Shown: positions 30,411 to 41,062 of the stretch, one piece after another
Position numbering within the stretch: the stretch's first letter is position 1
How the letters are laid out: every line of letters starts with the position of its first letter
DNA from: a virus
Lineage: Duplodnaviria > Caudoviricetes
IMG/VR virus record: IMGVR_UViG_3300035208_001037
Span: 1,232 to 65,231 of that record
Length of the DNA: 64,000 nt
Reading direction: 5' to 3' (one strand)
Notes under the pieces: generated by a model
Databases searched by the model: none
The model's input: the letters and a program-made list of their open reading frames with translations, nothing else
What the model was told of the DNA's origin: nothing
Position numbers and translations under genes: made by a program

Positions 30411-31014
30411 TATAATATTCAAAAACAACTTCTAATTGTTTTGGGTCTTTTAAAATTGTGTAATAACATTCGTTAAACCCATCTTCAATATAATGTAGGT
30501 CTCGTTTTTCAGCTTCTTCTTTTGAGATTGGAACACGAACTACATCAATGTAAAATGTTTTTGGTTTAAATGGGAATTTTACAAACTGACTACTTCCAAT
30601 TAATTTATAATCTTTATCGTCAATGTAAACTCTACCAGTAAAAGTGTCATATTCTTCTTCACCTTGCCAAACAATAGCATCTAAATAATGTGCTTTACTT
30701 TCAACCCCATCTTTGAACAAACCACCACATCTACTGTTTTGGTACATAATTGAACCACCACCAATTTCACTCACATCAACCCATTCATTTTCGTATCCAG
30801 TTACATCACAAATTGGTTCTTGTAGTAAAAGTTTTTTAACCGCTTGTGAAATAGCAGAAGCCGTGTAAGGTGCTGAACCACCACTTTGCCCACTATTACC
30901 AAATGCTTCACATAAGGCTAAAATTTCCTTTGCGAAAGGTGTTATAATTGCATCAGGTGTTGTTGCAGCAAGAATATTTAACTCTTGTTCTGCAAATTTT
31001 TGTGTGTTTGTCAT
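30397..31014 (-). CDS. Hypothetical phage protein
   Basis: GQSGGSAPY...EPICDVTGYENEW...YQNSRCGGLFKD. Confidence 0.75.
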   Translation of the reverse strand: MTNTQKFAEQELNILAATTPDAIITPFAKEILALCEAFGNSGQSGGSAPYTASAISQAVKKLLLQEPICDVTGYENEWVDVSEIGGGSIMYQNSRCGGLFKDGVESKAHYLDAIVWQGEEEYDTFTGRVYIDDKDYKLIGSSQFVKFPFKPKTFYIDVVRVPISKEEAEKRDLHYIEDGFNECYYTILKDPKQLEVVFEYYIKNF

Positions 31015-31072
31015 AATGCTATTCCTATTTTCATGTTTTAATTATAATCTATATATTATTCAAAGTAAATAA

Positions 31073-31993
31073 TTACCATGTAAATAATTTTTTGAAAAAA
31101 ACTTCTTTCTTAGAAATAGTTTTTTTTGATGGGAAAGTAATATCTAAATTATGTTTAAAATTAACCTCACCAGTTTCTTCATTAATACCAACTCCGTTTA
31201 CCGGACCAATACCTTCTTTTATAATTCGTGATTGTAGTGGTGTTGGTTTTTTATGTAAATCTTCTAACTTACGGTCAGGTTCATTGTAATATTTAAGAAT
31301 TTTACCAATAATTGGGTTTCTAACAATATCGGAATTAGTAAATTCAAAAAAACCTATTTCATTAACTCGTCTTAATCTAGTCATAGCATCGTATAAACCA
31401 GATTGTTTACCACTTTTATATTTATCTGATTGTTCTAAATCACCAGATATTATAAATTTACTATCCTCACCAATTCTCGTTAATAAAGTTTTCATTTGAT
31501 TTTGTGTCATGTTTTGACTTTCTTCACAAACTAATACCGTATTATCAATATTAACACCACGAAGATATCCTAACGCTTGAATTTCAATAATACCTTGTGT
31601 CATTAATCGTTCTCTAACACCTTTAGTTACAATTTTATCAATTAATGCTAAACTTGATGCAATATAAGGTTCTAATTTTTCATTAATTGTACCGGGTAAA
31701 AAACCAATTTTCTCATCTGCTTCAACTGCTGGAGTACAAATAATTAATTTACGAAACTTACTAGTTTTATCTTGTACTAATTCAAGACCAATCGCTAGTG
31801 AAACATATGACTTACCAGTACCGGCTGGGCCAGAACAAATGATAACTTCATGTTCAGTTATTAATCTAGAGTATTCTTTTTGTGTTTGATTTTTGGCTTT
31901 AAATTTATTTTGTTTAGCCATTGACGTTGGTGATGAAATTATATCATTAAAAACCTCATCTTCATTTTGAATCCTTTTCTTTCTGTTAGCCAT
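31073..31993 (-). CDS. phoH: PhoH-family ATPase
   Basis: GPAGTGKS, GFLPG, YLRG, EESQN, LLTRIG, GDLEQSD, DIVRNP. Confidence 0.93.
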   Translation of the reverse strand: MANRKKRIQNEDEVFNDIISSPTSMAKQNKFKAKNQTQKEYSRLITEHEVIICSGPAGTGKSYVSLAIGLELVQDKTSKFRKLIICTPAVEADEKIGFLPGTINEKLEPYIASSLALIDKIVTKGVRERLMTQGIIEIQALGYLRGVNIDNTVLVCEESQNMTQNQMKTLLTRIGEDSKFIISGDLEQSDKYKSGKQSGLYDAMTRLRRVNEIGFFEFTNSDIVRNPIIGKILKYYNEPDRKLEDLHKKPTPLQSRIIKEGIGPVNGVGINEETGEVNFKHNLDITFPSKKTISKKEVFFKKLFTW

Positions 31994-32003
31994 AAATTAA
32001 TAC

Positions 32004-32825
32004 TTATTTTTTTTCATTATTATTATATTTTTCATTTAATTTTTCATTCGAATATTTTTCAATTATACTATCACCATTTATAATAGGTTCACATATAAAT
32101 TTTGCCACGTAATGTTCACCAAATTCAACTATTTTAGTTGTTTCTAACACTTTATATTTATATTCTAAAAAATCTTTTACACCGGCTGTGTTATGTGTGA
32201 TAAAACCTATTTCATCTATATCTAAAAAATCAGATGTTTTTGGTTTTTCCATAGCTCTAGTAATATCATTAATTAAGAATGATGTTTTTTTATCATAAAT
32301 GTTTATATATTTACTTATGAAAAATTCTATTAACTTAGTATTACCATCAATATCTTTAATGAATAATTTTTCAGTATAGTCTTCAATATTAAATTTTGGT
32401 AGGATTGACCGACCAATCATAATTGGTGTAATTGGTTTAGTATCTATGTTGTCCATAGAATCTGAAATATCTTTAGATATCTTGTCATTTTGGACAATCA
32501 TCTCAACAATATACTCGTCAGATGGTTCACCCTTGATTTTTCGACTTATTTTTTTAATAGTTTTAAACCCTCTATCACCGGTTTCGTATGAATACCCATC
32601 AGAAGCATCTAATACTTTATATAATCTAGCTCTTAAAGTTATAACTTCTTCACTTATTTTACCTTGTAACAAATCATCTGACAACATCCCTTGTCTTTGC
32701 CTTTGTGTTGTGGAAAAACCATTCGAAATTGTATCACCACCTTGACCAAGAGAGATTTTTTCAACATTTGATAATGCTAGAGATATAACTAACATTTGTT
32801 TCCGACACCATTTTTTTATATTCAT
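32004..32825 (-). CDS. Hypothetical protein
   Basis: 273-aa ORF. Confidence 0.75.
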   Translation of the reverse strand: MNIKKWCRKQMLVISLALSNVEKISLGQGGDTISNGFSTTQRQRQGMLSDDLLQGKISEEVITLRARLYKVLDASDGYSYETGDRGFKTIKKISRKIKGEPSDEYIVEMIVQNDKISKDISDSMDNIDTKPITPIMIGRSILPKFNIEDYTEKLFIKDIDGNTKLIEFFISKYINIYDKKTSFLINDITRAMEKPKTSDFLDIDEIGFITHNTAGVKDFLEYKYKVLETTKIVEFGEHYVAKFICEPIINGDSIIEKYSNEKLNEKYNNNEKK

Positions 32826-32888
32826 ATTTATAATTTATATAAAACAAATATATTAGAACTATGGCTTAAGTAAAGGGTTTAATATGTA

Positions 32889-32924
32889 TAAAAAAAAATA
32901 TCCTAACATTTCTATTAGGATATT
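32889..32924 (-). terminator. Terminator after gmd
   Basis: AATATCCTAA...TTAGGATATT with minus-strand T run. Confidence 0.7.
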
Positions 32925-32930
32925 CATTAT

Positions 32931-33908
32931 TTATTTTTTTGTTAATGTTTGGAGCCAACCATCAATCATATCATCCATTAATGTCTCAAATGTGTATTCC
33001 GGTTTCCAACCTAACATAGTTCTAATTTTAGTTGAATCACCCTTCAAATATTTTAATTCTTCTGCTCTCATAAATTTTTCATTTTGTGTTACGTATTTAG
33101 TATAATCTAAATCTAATTTTTTAAATACGTATTCAACCATTTCTCTAACCGAATGTGTTGTCATTGTTGAAACTACAAAATCATCAGGTACATCATGATT
33201 AATAATTAAATGCATTGCTCTAACATAATCTTTTGAGTGACCCCAATCTCTATAAGAATCTATATTACCTAATTCCAAATTATCAGCTAGACCTAATTTA
33301 ATCTCAACAGCTCGTTTAACTACTTTATTTGTTACAAAATTTGATGCTCTTCTTGGTGATTCATGATTAAAAAGTATACCATTACACGCATGTAATTTAT
33401 ATGCATTACGATAATTTCTAACTATATTATACCCAAATACTTTTGAACAACCATAAGGGCTTACTGGTGTCATACGAGTCGTTTCTCGTTGAAACCCATC
33501 TTCATCGATTGTATTACCAAACATTTCAGAAGAGCTAGCTTGGTAAAATTTAGCTTTTGGACATGAACGTCTATAAGCTTCTAGGATATTTAAAACACCT
33601 AACGCATTAGTTTGTACCGTGAATTGTGGGATATCAAAACTAATTCTAACATGACTTTGTGCCGCTAAATTATATATTTCGTCAGGTTTAACCATATCTA
33701 ATATTTTTTCCAACCCACCTTGGTCCAACAAATCACCGTAATGAACTGTAATTTTGGCCCTTAATTCATCTGAGAATCTACTTTGTTGTGATTCAACAGT
33801 TGAATTTCTTCTAATAATACCATGTACTTCATACCCTAAAGATACTAAATATTCTGCTAGATAACTTCCATCTTGACCGTTTATTCCTGTTATAAATGCT
33901 TTTTTCAT
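32931..33908 (-). CDS. gmd: GDP-mannose 4,6-dehydratase
   Basis: AFITGINGQDGSYLAE, IYNLAAQSHV, FYQASSSEMFG, SPYGCSK, GILFNHESPRR, RDWGH. Confidence 0.96.
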   Translation of the reverse strand: MKKAFITGINGQDGSYLAEYLVSLGYEVHGIIRRNSTVESQQSRFSDELRAKITVHYGDLLDQGGLEKILDMVKPDEIYNLAAQSHVRISFDIPQFTVQTNALGVLNILEAYRRSCPKAKFYQASSSEMFGNTIDEDGFQRETTRMTPVSPYGCSKVFGYNIVRNYRNAYKLHACNGILFNHESPRRASNFVTNKVVKRAVEIKLGLADNLELGNIDSYRDWGHSKDYVRAMHLIINHDVPDDFVVSTMTTHSVREMVEYVFKKLDLDYTKYVTQNEKFMRAEELKYLKGDSTKIRTMLGWKPEYTFETLMDDMIDGWLQTLTKK

Positions 33909-33911
33909 TAA

Positions 33912-34643
33912 TTAATATTTTATTTTTTTCATTATTTCTTCTACATTAACATATGTTGTATAATTACCAGTATCTTCATTTTGTTCTGGTGTTTGGTCTA
34001 TAAGAATTATCCCTCTGGCCGCATCCTCCGGTGTCATATACATATGATAACCAAGTATACTTATATGATTTTCATCAGTATATGGTGTATTTAAATCTCT
34101 ACCATCATACGATGCTAATTTAAGCCATTTATAAGCTTCTTCACTATCGGTTAATATAATACCACCCTTACCTATCGGTACCCTTTTTTTAATTTGAAAT
34201 GATATAACTTGAAGAGCATTATCACCGATATACATATTTTTATTCCATCTAACAGCTGAATCCCATACTCGACTACCTTTTAACTGATATAACCCGGTCC
34301 ACTCTAGGTCTTCAAAAGCAACTTGATTACCAGCATGCATAATTTGCATTGGTGCTGATATGTAAGTCATTTTAGGTATTGTAAGTACAGTATCTTTAGT
34401 TAATTCACCAATAGATTGTAGATATTTTAATGATAAAAAGATACCATTCGAACAACAATCAACAGCTACAGCGTATTTACTACCAGAAAATGTAGCTACT
34501 TTTTGTTCGAACATACCCATAACATCTCTAGGGTCATTCCAATTATAACCTAATTCTTTTAATTGGTCTAGTTCTTGACGTTGTAAATGTTTTGGTACTT
34601 TACCTATTGGCCAAGGGTTGTAATGTGTTTTATTTTCACTCAT
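33912..34643 (-). CDS. Short DegT/DnrJ/EryC1/StrS-type PLP aminotransferase
   Basis: FEQKVATFSGSKYAVAV, DSAV, SFQIKK..IGKGG, GYHMYM. Confidence 0.75.
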   Translation of the reverse strand: MSENKTHYNPWPIGKVPKHLQRQELDQLKELGYNWNDPRDVMGMFEQKVATFSGSKYAVAVDCCSNGIFLSLKYLQSIGELTKDTVLTIPKMTYISAPMQIMHAGNQVAFEDLEWTGLYQLKGSRVWDSAVRWNKNMYIGDNALQVISFQIKKRVPIGKGGIILTDSEEAYKWLKLASYDGRDLNTPYTDENHISILGYHMYMTPEDAARGIILIDQTPEQNEDTGNYTTYVNVEEIMKKIKY

Positions 34644-35439
34644 AAGGTTCGATATATTTTTTATAAATGTAATCCTCAGCTACTAATAAGTCAAGCGATA
34701 ACTCTAGATTTTTTTTAATCGAAACCATTTTGCTATTATATAATTCAAATGTTAAATCCCCAATTTTAAAATTATTATCTAATATTATAATACCGTTAAT
34801 ATCGAAAAATTCGTCAATATTAGGTATACCATGATATATTGGGATAGTCCCAGTCATGAAACAATCAGTTAATTTTTCGGTGAACATATTTGAATAAGTT
34901 CCGTTTTCAATTGCTATTGAGAAGCAATAATCTTTTAGTCCACCCTCTTTATTAACAATTTCATTAAAGCCCCTCCCAAAATGGTCGCATTTACCAGAAT
35001 ATTTTTGTATTATCTTTTGACGATATAAATGGTCTGGACACATGGTTTTATTTGATGCTATCATTGAAACCAATTTAGATTTGTGATATATTTCACCATG
35101 TTCAATAAAAGATTTACCACTGGATTGGGTAAGTTGGAATATGTCAGAATAAGATGCTAATTCTTTATCATGAGTGAAAACTTTATTGAATTTAAGTTTT
35201 AGTATGTCAGTATTGTTGTAACACCAGTGATATAAACTAGGCAATATGGTTTTAGATTCGCATAACCACCCATAATTTTTTAATTCTGGGTTAACGTTAC
35301 CTAATATCCCACTATCAACATATATCGATATATCAGATTCTAGATTACCTTTAACCCACTCAATATATTTAGGCTCCATATCATTAGTTGATACAGTATG
35401 TTGGAACCCACCACCAATTAAATTAATCCGTTTTCTCAC
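34636..35439 (-). CDS. GT10 (alpha-1,3-fucosyltransferase-like) glycosyltransferase
   Basis: YCFSIAIENG...FTEKLTDCFMTGTIPIYHG. Confidence 0.8.
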   Translation of the reverse strand: MRKRINLIGGGFQHTVSTNDMEPKYIEWVKGNLESDISIYVDSGILGNVNPELKNYGWLCESKTILPSLYHWCYNNTDILKLKFNKVFTHDKELASYSDIFQLTQSSGKSFIEHGEIYHKSKLVSMIASNKTMCPDHLYRQKIIQKYSGKCDHFGRGFNEIVNKEGGLKDYCFSIAIENGTYSNMFTEKLTDCFMTGTIPIYHGIPNIDEFFDINGIIILDNNFKIGDLTFELYNSKMVSIKKNLELSLDLLVAEDYIYKKYIEPYE

Positions 35440-35959
35440 GATAACCTAATTTTTTAGCGTTTTCTAAGATTTTACTTGGATTTATTTTTTTAATTAATTT
35501 TGCTGGGTTACCTTTATAGATACCCCACTCTTCTGTATCACCGATTAATAAACTTCCGGCTGTTAATAAAACACCTCTTCTAAGGGTTGAACCCGGTAAA
35601 ACAATTGCATTTGTACCAATATTAGAAAACTCTTCCATAATTACAGGTTTTATTATTTCAGTACCTTTTAGTTCTTTTGGTATCATAGCACCAAATAACC
35701 CACTATCATCAAATCTATCAGAGCCACAAACTATTCTAGCACCAACCATTATATTGTTAAAACCCTTTGCGGTAAAATTACCATCTTTACCACCAATAAT
35801 CGTAACGTATGGTCCTATATGTGTATAACTACCTAAATTTACATTGGTTGAACAATATAATCCCTTATCTATTGCTATATGGGACCCATTAATATTTAAA
35901 TTCCTTTTTGAAATTATATCATCATCAAGAAATATGTCTTCACCATTTTTAATTATCAT
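35423..35959 (-). CDS. Left-handed beta-helix acyltransferase
   Basis: Hexapeptide repeats; IGTNAIVLPG...YKGNPAK. Confidence 0.85.
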   Translation of the reverse strand: MIIKNGEDIFLDDDIISKRNLNINGSHIAIDKGLYCSTNVNLGSYTHIGPYVTIIGGKDGNFTAKGFNNIMVGARIVCGSDRFDDSGLFGAMIPKELKGTEIIKPVIMEEFSNIGTNAIVLPGSTLRRGVLLTAGSLLIGDTEEWGIYKGNPAKLIKKINPSKILENAKKLGYREKTD

Positions 35960-35970
35960 GTATAAACGTA

Positions 35971-36591
35971 TTAAATGTTTTTAGTCCATGACTCCCAAAC
36001 GAATGGGTAATTGAATTTTAATTTAAAACCATTTGATTTTAAACCACCAAGTATTTTATCACGTCTTTCAATTGCATTATCAATACCAAGATGGAATTGA
36101 ATTTGGATGTTTTTAAATTTATTAATATTACCAGTTTTTAACATATGTTCTAATACTGGGTATTCATCACCTTCTATATTCATTTGAAGCAAATCAACTT
36201 CATCTAAACCCCAATTTTCTAAAATAGTTTCAACTGTATTAAATTTAACTGTAATGCTTTCACCATCGGTTAAGTTTGATGATGTACCATCATTACTTAA
36301 ATATATAACACCATTTTCATTTTTAGTACTAATACCAATATTCATTAGATGTACTTTATTATTATCAGAAAATTTAGATACCATACCATCATAAAATTTA
36401 GTAACTGGTTCTAATATATAAACATTGGGGTTATATTTCTCTATCATTTGTTGAGCCCAAACCCCGGTATATCCACCTAAATCAATAATACAAGAATTTT
36501 CATTAAGATTATAATTTATATTATGTGTGTAATCACCATTGTCTCTAAACCACCTAGCTAACGATTCTCGATTTAATGTTATATTATTCAT
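35971..36591 (-). CDS. FkbM-family methyltransferase
   Basis: IIDLGGYTG, YILEPV, LLQMNIEGDEY, IQIQFH. Confidence 0.85.
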   Translation of the reverse strand: MNNITLNRESLARWFRDNGDYTHNINYNLNENSCIIDLGGYTGVWAQQMIEKYNPNVYILEPVTKFYDGMVSKFSDNNKVHLMNIGISTKNENGVIYLSNDGTSSNLTDGESITVKFNTVETILENWGLDEVDLLQMNIEGDEYPVLEHMLKTGNINKFKNIQIQFHLGIDNAIERRDKILGGLKSNGFKLKFNYPFVWESWTKNI

Positions 36592-37003
36592 TATCTAAAA
36601 ATGTTTTATCTAATGCTTGTCCTTCATAAGGACCGGTTTTATATTCATATACTATAGTATTATCCTCTAATATTTCGTATGTGTGACCACCATATAATGT
36701 AAAACTAGCATCACCGGCTTCTAATATTGGTGTAGCTATAATAGTATCATCAATATCATAAAATATACATTTAACACGTCCTCTAATAACAACCCAAGAT
36801 TCTTGAGCTATTTGTTTTGTATGGTGTCTGTCTTTGGTGATATGTTTATGTGGTCTAAACGTTTTACCGTTTTCCATTCTCAATGTAGCACATTGAATGA
36901 AGTTATTTTCTGGTACCATTTCTGTTCTACCAAATATTTCATCTAATCTATTAATTACATGTAGTAATTTACCATTTTCTATTTTCGAATATATTTTTTC
37001 CAT
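36584..37003 (-). CDS. WbuC-like cupin
   Basis: FRPHKH...QESWVVIRG...GGHTY...EYKTGPY. Confidence 0.8.
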   Translation of the reverse strand: MEKIYSKIENGKLLHVINRLDEIFGRTEMVPENNFIQCATLRMENGKTFRPHKHITKDRHHTKQIAQESWVVIRGRVKCIFYDIDDTIIATPILEAGDASFTLYGGHTYEILEDNTIVYEYKTGPYEGQALDKTFLDNE

Positions 37004-37006
37004 TTA

Positions 37007-37810
37007 TTAACGTTTAAACCAAGTTTCAGGTAGTATATCACCTGAATTATTTTTTATTGCTTTACCAAACCACTTGTTAGGTCCAATAACGATTTTATTT
37101 TTATTAGTATTTAACCAAGCACCCCACCAAGAGAATGAAGAATTTGATATTATATTATTATCACATAACGACATTAAAAACAATTCAATATAATCTTTTT
37201 CATTTTCTATGTAAACTATATTAGTAATATTTTTAAAGTTTTCTTTACACCATTCAATATCATCACTAAAAATAACATATAAATCAGTTTTATCACTTAA
37301 TATTTTAGCTGAATCTAAATAATAATCTATGGTCTGTACTGGATGGTGGTCTGGTAATCTAACGTAATCGCCTCTTCTTACATGAATTGATGTTAATCGT
37401 TTATCTAATAAAACCCCATATTTTTCTTTTATGATAAATTCTATTGTTTTAGGTATCTCAAAGGCTTTTAAAATTTCATTTCTATGTTTTACAAAATATT
37501 TTTCATTTTGGAAAAACCCATCAATAAAAAAATTATCTGTTTCTATATTCGATTCTACAAAATAAAATGGGAAATTATATACTGGTATAACAACGTTAGG
37601 TTGGATACATTTAAAACCTTTAAAAATTTCTTTATATTCAAATGTATGTTTTAATGTTGGGTTATAATAATTGTCATCATTTAAATAGGTTAATTGTCTA
37701 TCTAGATTAGGAAAACTAAAATCAATACCCTTTTCAATAGAGAAAGATATTGTTGCCGCTATTTGAAACATCATATTACCTAACCCACCTTTTAAATTAC
37801 AATATATCAT
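37007..37810 (-). CDS. GT11 (alpha-1,2-fucosyltransferase-like) glycosyltransferase
   Basis: GGLGNMMFQ, SIHVRRGDY, FSDDIEWC, IISNSSFSWWGAWL. Confidence 0.9.
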   Translation of the reverse strand: MIYCNLKGGLGNMMFQIAATISFSIEKGIDFSFPNLDRQLTYLNDDNYYNPTLKHTFEYKEIFKGFKCIQPNVVIPVYNFPFYFVESNIETDNFFIDGFFQNEKYFVKHRNEILKAFEIPKTIEFIIKEKYGVLLDKRLTSIHVRRGDYVRLPDHHPVQTIDYYLDSAKILSDKTDLYVIFSDDIEWCKENFKNITNIVYIENEKDYIELFLMSLCDNNIISNSSFSWWGAWLNTNKNKIVIGPNKWFGKAIKNNSGDILPETWFKR

Positions 37811-37813
37811 ATT

Positions 37814-38533
37814 TTAACGTATTAATTTATTGTATTTAGGTTGATTTCTAAGTTTAATAACTAAATCATTAACCGCATTTGAATTAACCTTATGGTCATT
37901 AAGTGGATTCTCACCATTATAAATGTAATTAATTTCAGGCATAAATTTATAGTGTTCTTCACCGGCCATCTCAATCATTGGGTACATAAAAGCTAAATCA
38001 CCAGCAACTCGCCAATATTCACCATTTTCATCCTTTAAATAATTTTCATCGATAGCTCGCCATAGAAAAGCTCGCCACGTTCTTAAATGTGATGCTGTAA
38101 ATGTTTCATTACGTATATTATCAATATTTTTTGGTGCTGCGGCAAAACCAATTTGCCCACTAGAATATCTAAAACTACCATTTGCTATCCATATATCTTG
38201 ATTTGTATATATTTCATTAATTCTTCCTAATACATCAGATTTAGCTAACCAATCATCACCATCTACTTCAATAATAATTTCATTATCGTCAATATTTTGG
38301 TTATATCTAATAACTTGGTCGTAATTACCGGGTTGATATAATTTAGTGTTATTTTCAATTAATATAAATCTTTCATCACCTTCAATTAATTTTTTTGTTT
38401 TTTCAACCGAATTATCAGTTGAAATATCATCCGTGATATAACATTTAAAATCTTTAAACTTTTGATTTACCAATGAGTTTATACATAAATCAATATAATT
38501 TTCACAATTATATAGTGTTGTTACTATTACCAT
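37814..38533 (-). CDS. GT2 glycosyltransferase
   Basis: YNCENYI..CINS, DDISTDNS, VDGDDWL, HLRTW. Confidence 0.85.
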   Translation of the reverse strand: MVIVTTLYNCENYIDLCINSLVNQKFKDFKCYITDDISTDNSVEKTKKLIEGDERFILIENNTKLYQPGNYDQVIRYNQNIDDNEIIIEVDGDDWLAKSDVLGRINEIYTNQDIWIANGSFRYSSGQIGFAAAPKNIDNIRNETFTASHLRTWRAFLWRAIDENYLKDENGEYWRVAGDLAFMYPMIEMAGEEHYKFMPEINYIYNGENPLNDHKVNSNAVNDLVIKLRNQPKYNKLIR

Positions 38534-38537
38534 ATTA

Positions 38538-39404
38538 TTATTTAAAGTTAAATTTTATTTTTTTTAATAAATTATCCATAATCGAATCACCAAGGTTTGT
38601 TAAGTCTAAATTATTACAATATTGTTTAGCTTGACTATCGGCATTATACCAGTGTATTCCAATTGTGTCAGGTAGTATTAAATCTTGGGTGCTATTAAAA
38701 AATAACCAAGACAAATCTCTATAATCATATGGATATATAACTGGTAATGTTAATTGAGCAATTGATAAATCACTATGTAAACATTCAATGTCAAAAATAT
38801 CAGGGTATAATTTTCGTATTAATTTATTACCTATAGATTGATATTCATTGGTATCAAACGATTTAATTGAATTATCCATTATTCGCTTATAGAATGAATT
38901 ATTAGGGGATGCTAATAAAAAACCAATTAAATAATTTGCATAATCATTAGAACGTTCTTCAACAATTGTTAAATCCAAATCAACGGCATTACCTGATATC
39001 ATATATTTCGAATAATTTAAAGTTGACATTGGTTTTAAATATAAAACGTCCATATCCGACCATAAACCACCTTCAGTTGATAATAAATACCATCGTAAAA
39101 AATCTGATTTATAAACCTCTGAAACAGTATTATAAAAGCCAATATCTTCAAAATCAATTTCAATTATATTATCACAATACTCTTTAATATAAGGTAAATA
39201 ATTGGTGTTAGTATACATATCTTTTTGATTAGTACCTGACCATGAAATAGTCTCATACTTAAATTTAGGAGTATAAAGATTTACAACCCAATCAGGATTT
39301 AAGTCTTTAAAACTCCTTAACGTAAGTAAATTTAATAATGATAACGGACTTAAATCCCAATAAAAATTTGCTATCTTAGGTATTTTAGTACATTCCCATC
39401 CCAT
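38538..39404 (-). CDS. GT32-like DxD glycosyltransferase
   Basis: IPKIANFYW, SDFLRW.LL..EGGLWSDMD. Confidence 0.8.
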   Translation of the reverse strand: MGWECTKIPKIANFYWDLSPLSLLNLLTLRSFKDLNPDWVVNLYTPKFKYETISWSGTNQKDMYTNTNYLPYIKEYCDNIIEIDFEDIGFYNTVSEVYKSDFLRWYLLSTEGGLWSDMDVLYLKPMSTLNYSKYMISGNAVDLDLTIVEERSNDYANYLIGFLLASPNNSFYKRIMDNSIKSFDTNEYQSIGNKLIRKLYPDIFDIECLHSDLSIAQLTLPVIYPYDYRDLSWLFFNSTQDLILPDTIGIHWYNADSQAKQYCNNLDLTNLGDSIMDNLLKKIKFNFK

Positions 39405-39406
39405 AT

Positions 39407-41053
39407 CTAATCCATTATAACTTTATATAATTCAATAACTTTACTACCGATTTTATCAGCTTTAAATTCATCTAAGTTGTCCGGTACTTTATGTAGTTTT
39501 TTATCAATTATATTTCCATCACTATCTACATTATATATAATTGATGGTTTACCACAAAACCAACTTTCGATAGTTGTTCTACCTAATAATATACCAGCTG
39601 TTTCATCACAGTCTTGTATGTATTTTTCTATGTTCCATGTTGGTTGGAAATATGTCACATGCTCTTGGCCGGACAACATTTCGTCCATATTAATACCATT
39701 ATTTTTACCAACTAAAACTAATTCAGCATCCCATGTTTTGGTTCGCTCTATTAAATCTTTTATGGTTTTTTCTCTAAGATAATCCATTGTTCCAACGAAT
39801 AATATTCGTTTTTTATCTGATTTCTTTTTTTGTACTGTCGTAAACCTTGTGTTATCAATTGGATTATAAATAACATCTATTATATCTTCAGAAATATTAA
39901 ATTTATCAATTAAAAATTGTTTAATTTCTGGCCGAATAGCTATATAACGTTTAATTCGTTCATCAATAATTGGGTGCTCTAGTTCAATAACTTCAGAGTG
40001 AATTGTTGATATTACTGGTATTTCTGGATATAATTGCATGATAAACTCAGTAATTGGTTTATGGCTTAAATGTAATACATCAAAATCAACTCTACTTATT
40101 GCATATAATGTACCATCAACCGATGGTACTTGACCAGTAGGTGTATTTAAAACCCATTTACCATCACCACGTTTATAACCCGGAGGTTCATTCAAATTGT
40201 ACATTTTAATCCCAAACGAAGAAGCTTTTTTAGCTAAATCACCACCAATTAAATTAGAACATATTGTTACATCACAACCTTGTTTAACTAATTGTTTTGC
40301 TAATTCATAAAAATGTATTTCCGAACCAGTATAACTATTAAAATTTAAACACCCGATAAGAACTTTTAATTTATCACCTTTTCGCAATACTTTAGGTATG
40401 TTTATAGGTAAATTTTCTTTATATTTTTCTGCAAATTGTATTCTATTAGCTTCCCAAACATCGTTAGTTTGACCTATAGAATAGTGATTAATTTTAATAT
40501 CGTAATGAACACCAACTTTAACACCATTAATATGATTTTTAAAACAAAAATCTATATCATAAAAATGGAATCCTTCAAAATCTTCACCAAAATTTTCTTT
40601 AAGTCTAGTTTTATTAACTGATAAAAAAACGCCATCAACAATTACTGTTTCATCTATTAAATTACCGATATGTTTACTATATGCTGATAACCAAGTTTTA
40701 CCTTCGTGTGTATGATAAACTTGACCATACATTTTTCTTCCATGTTCCCACCATTTACCAGATGTTGGCATTTCTTTACTACCAGCAACACCTAGAATAC
40801 CAAATTCTGGGTTACGTTTATAATGCTTAATTAGTTTATCACCCCAATTGTTTGTTTTAATTTCAATATCATCATGACAAAATACAACAATATCATATTT
40901 AGTTTCTGTTAAAAACTTATTATAAACCTTAGTTAACCCCTCACCATTATTTATATATTCAATAACTTCAGCTTTAGGTAAACCACAAGTTTTTTTAAGA
41001 TGTTCAATATGTTGAGGTTTATGTTCTCTTGTACAATATACTATACTTATCAT
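39407..41053 (-). CDS. Fused GT-A plus GT-B glycosyltransferase
   Basis: N-half VFCHDD...GILGVAG...FHFYDIDFC; C-half TGSEIHFYELAKQL...GRTTIESWFCGKP. Confidence 0.8.
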   Translation of the reverse strand: MISIVYCTREHKPQHIEHLKKTCGLPKAEVIEYINNGEGLTKVYNKFLTETKYDIVVFCHDDIEIKTNNWGDKLIKHYKRNPEFGILGVAGSKEMPTSGKWWEHGRKMYGQVYHTHEGKTWLSAYSKHIGNLIDETVIVDGVFLSVNKTRLKENFGEDFEGFHFYDIDFCFKNHINGVKVGVHYDIKINHYSIGQTNDVWEANRIQFAEKYKENLPINIPKVLRKGDKLKVLIGCLNFNSYTGSEIHFYELAKQLVKQGCDVTICSNLIGGDLAKKASSFGIKMYNLNEPPGYKRGDGKWVLNTPTGQVPSVDGTLYAISRVDFDVLHLSHKPITEFIMQLYPEIPVISTIHSEVIELEHPIIDERIKRYIAIRPEIKQFLIDKFNISEDIIDVIYNPIDNTRFTTVQKKKSDKKRILFVGTMDYLREKTIKDLIERTKTWDAELVLVGKNNGINMDEMLSGQEHVTYFQPTWNIEKYIQDCDETAGILLGRTTIESWFCGKPSIIYNVDSDGNIIDKKLHKVPDNLDEFKADKIGSKVIELYKVIMD

Positions 41054-41062
41054 ATTTTTATT

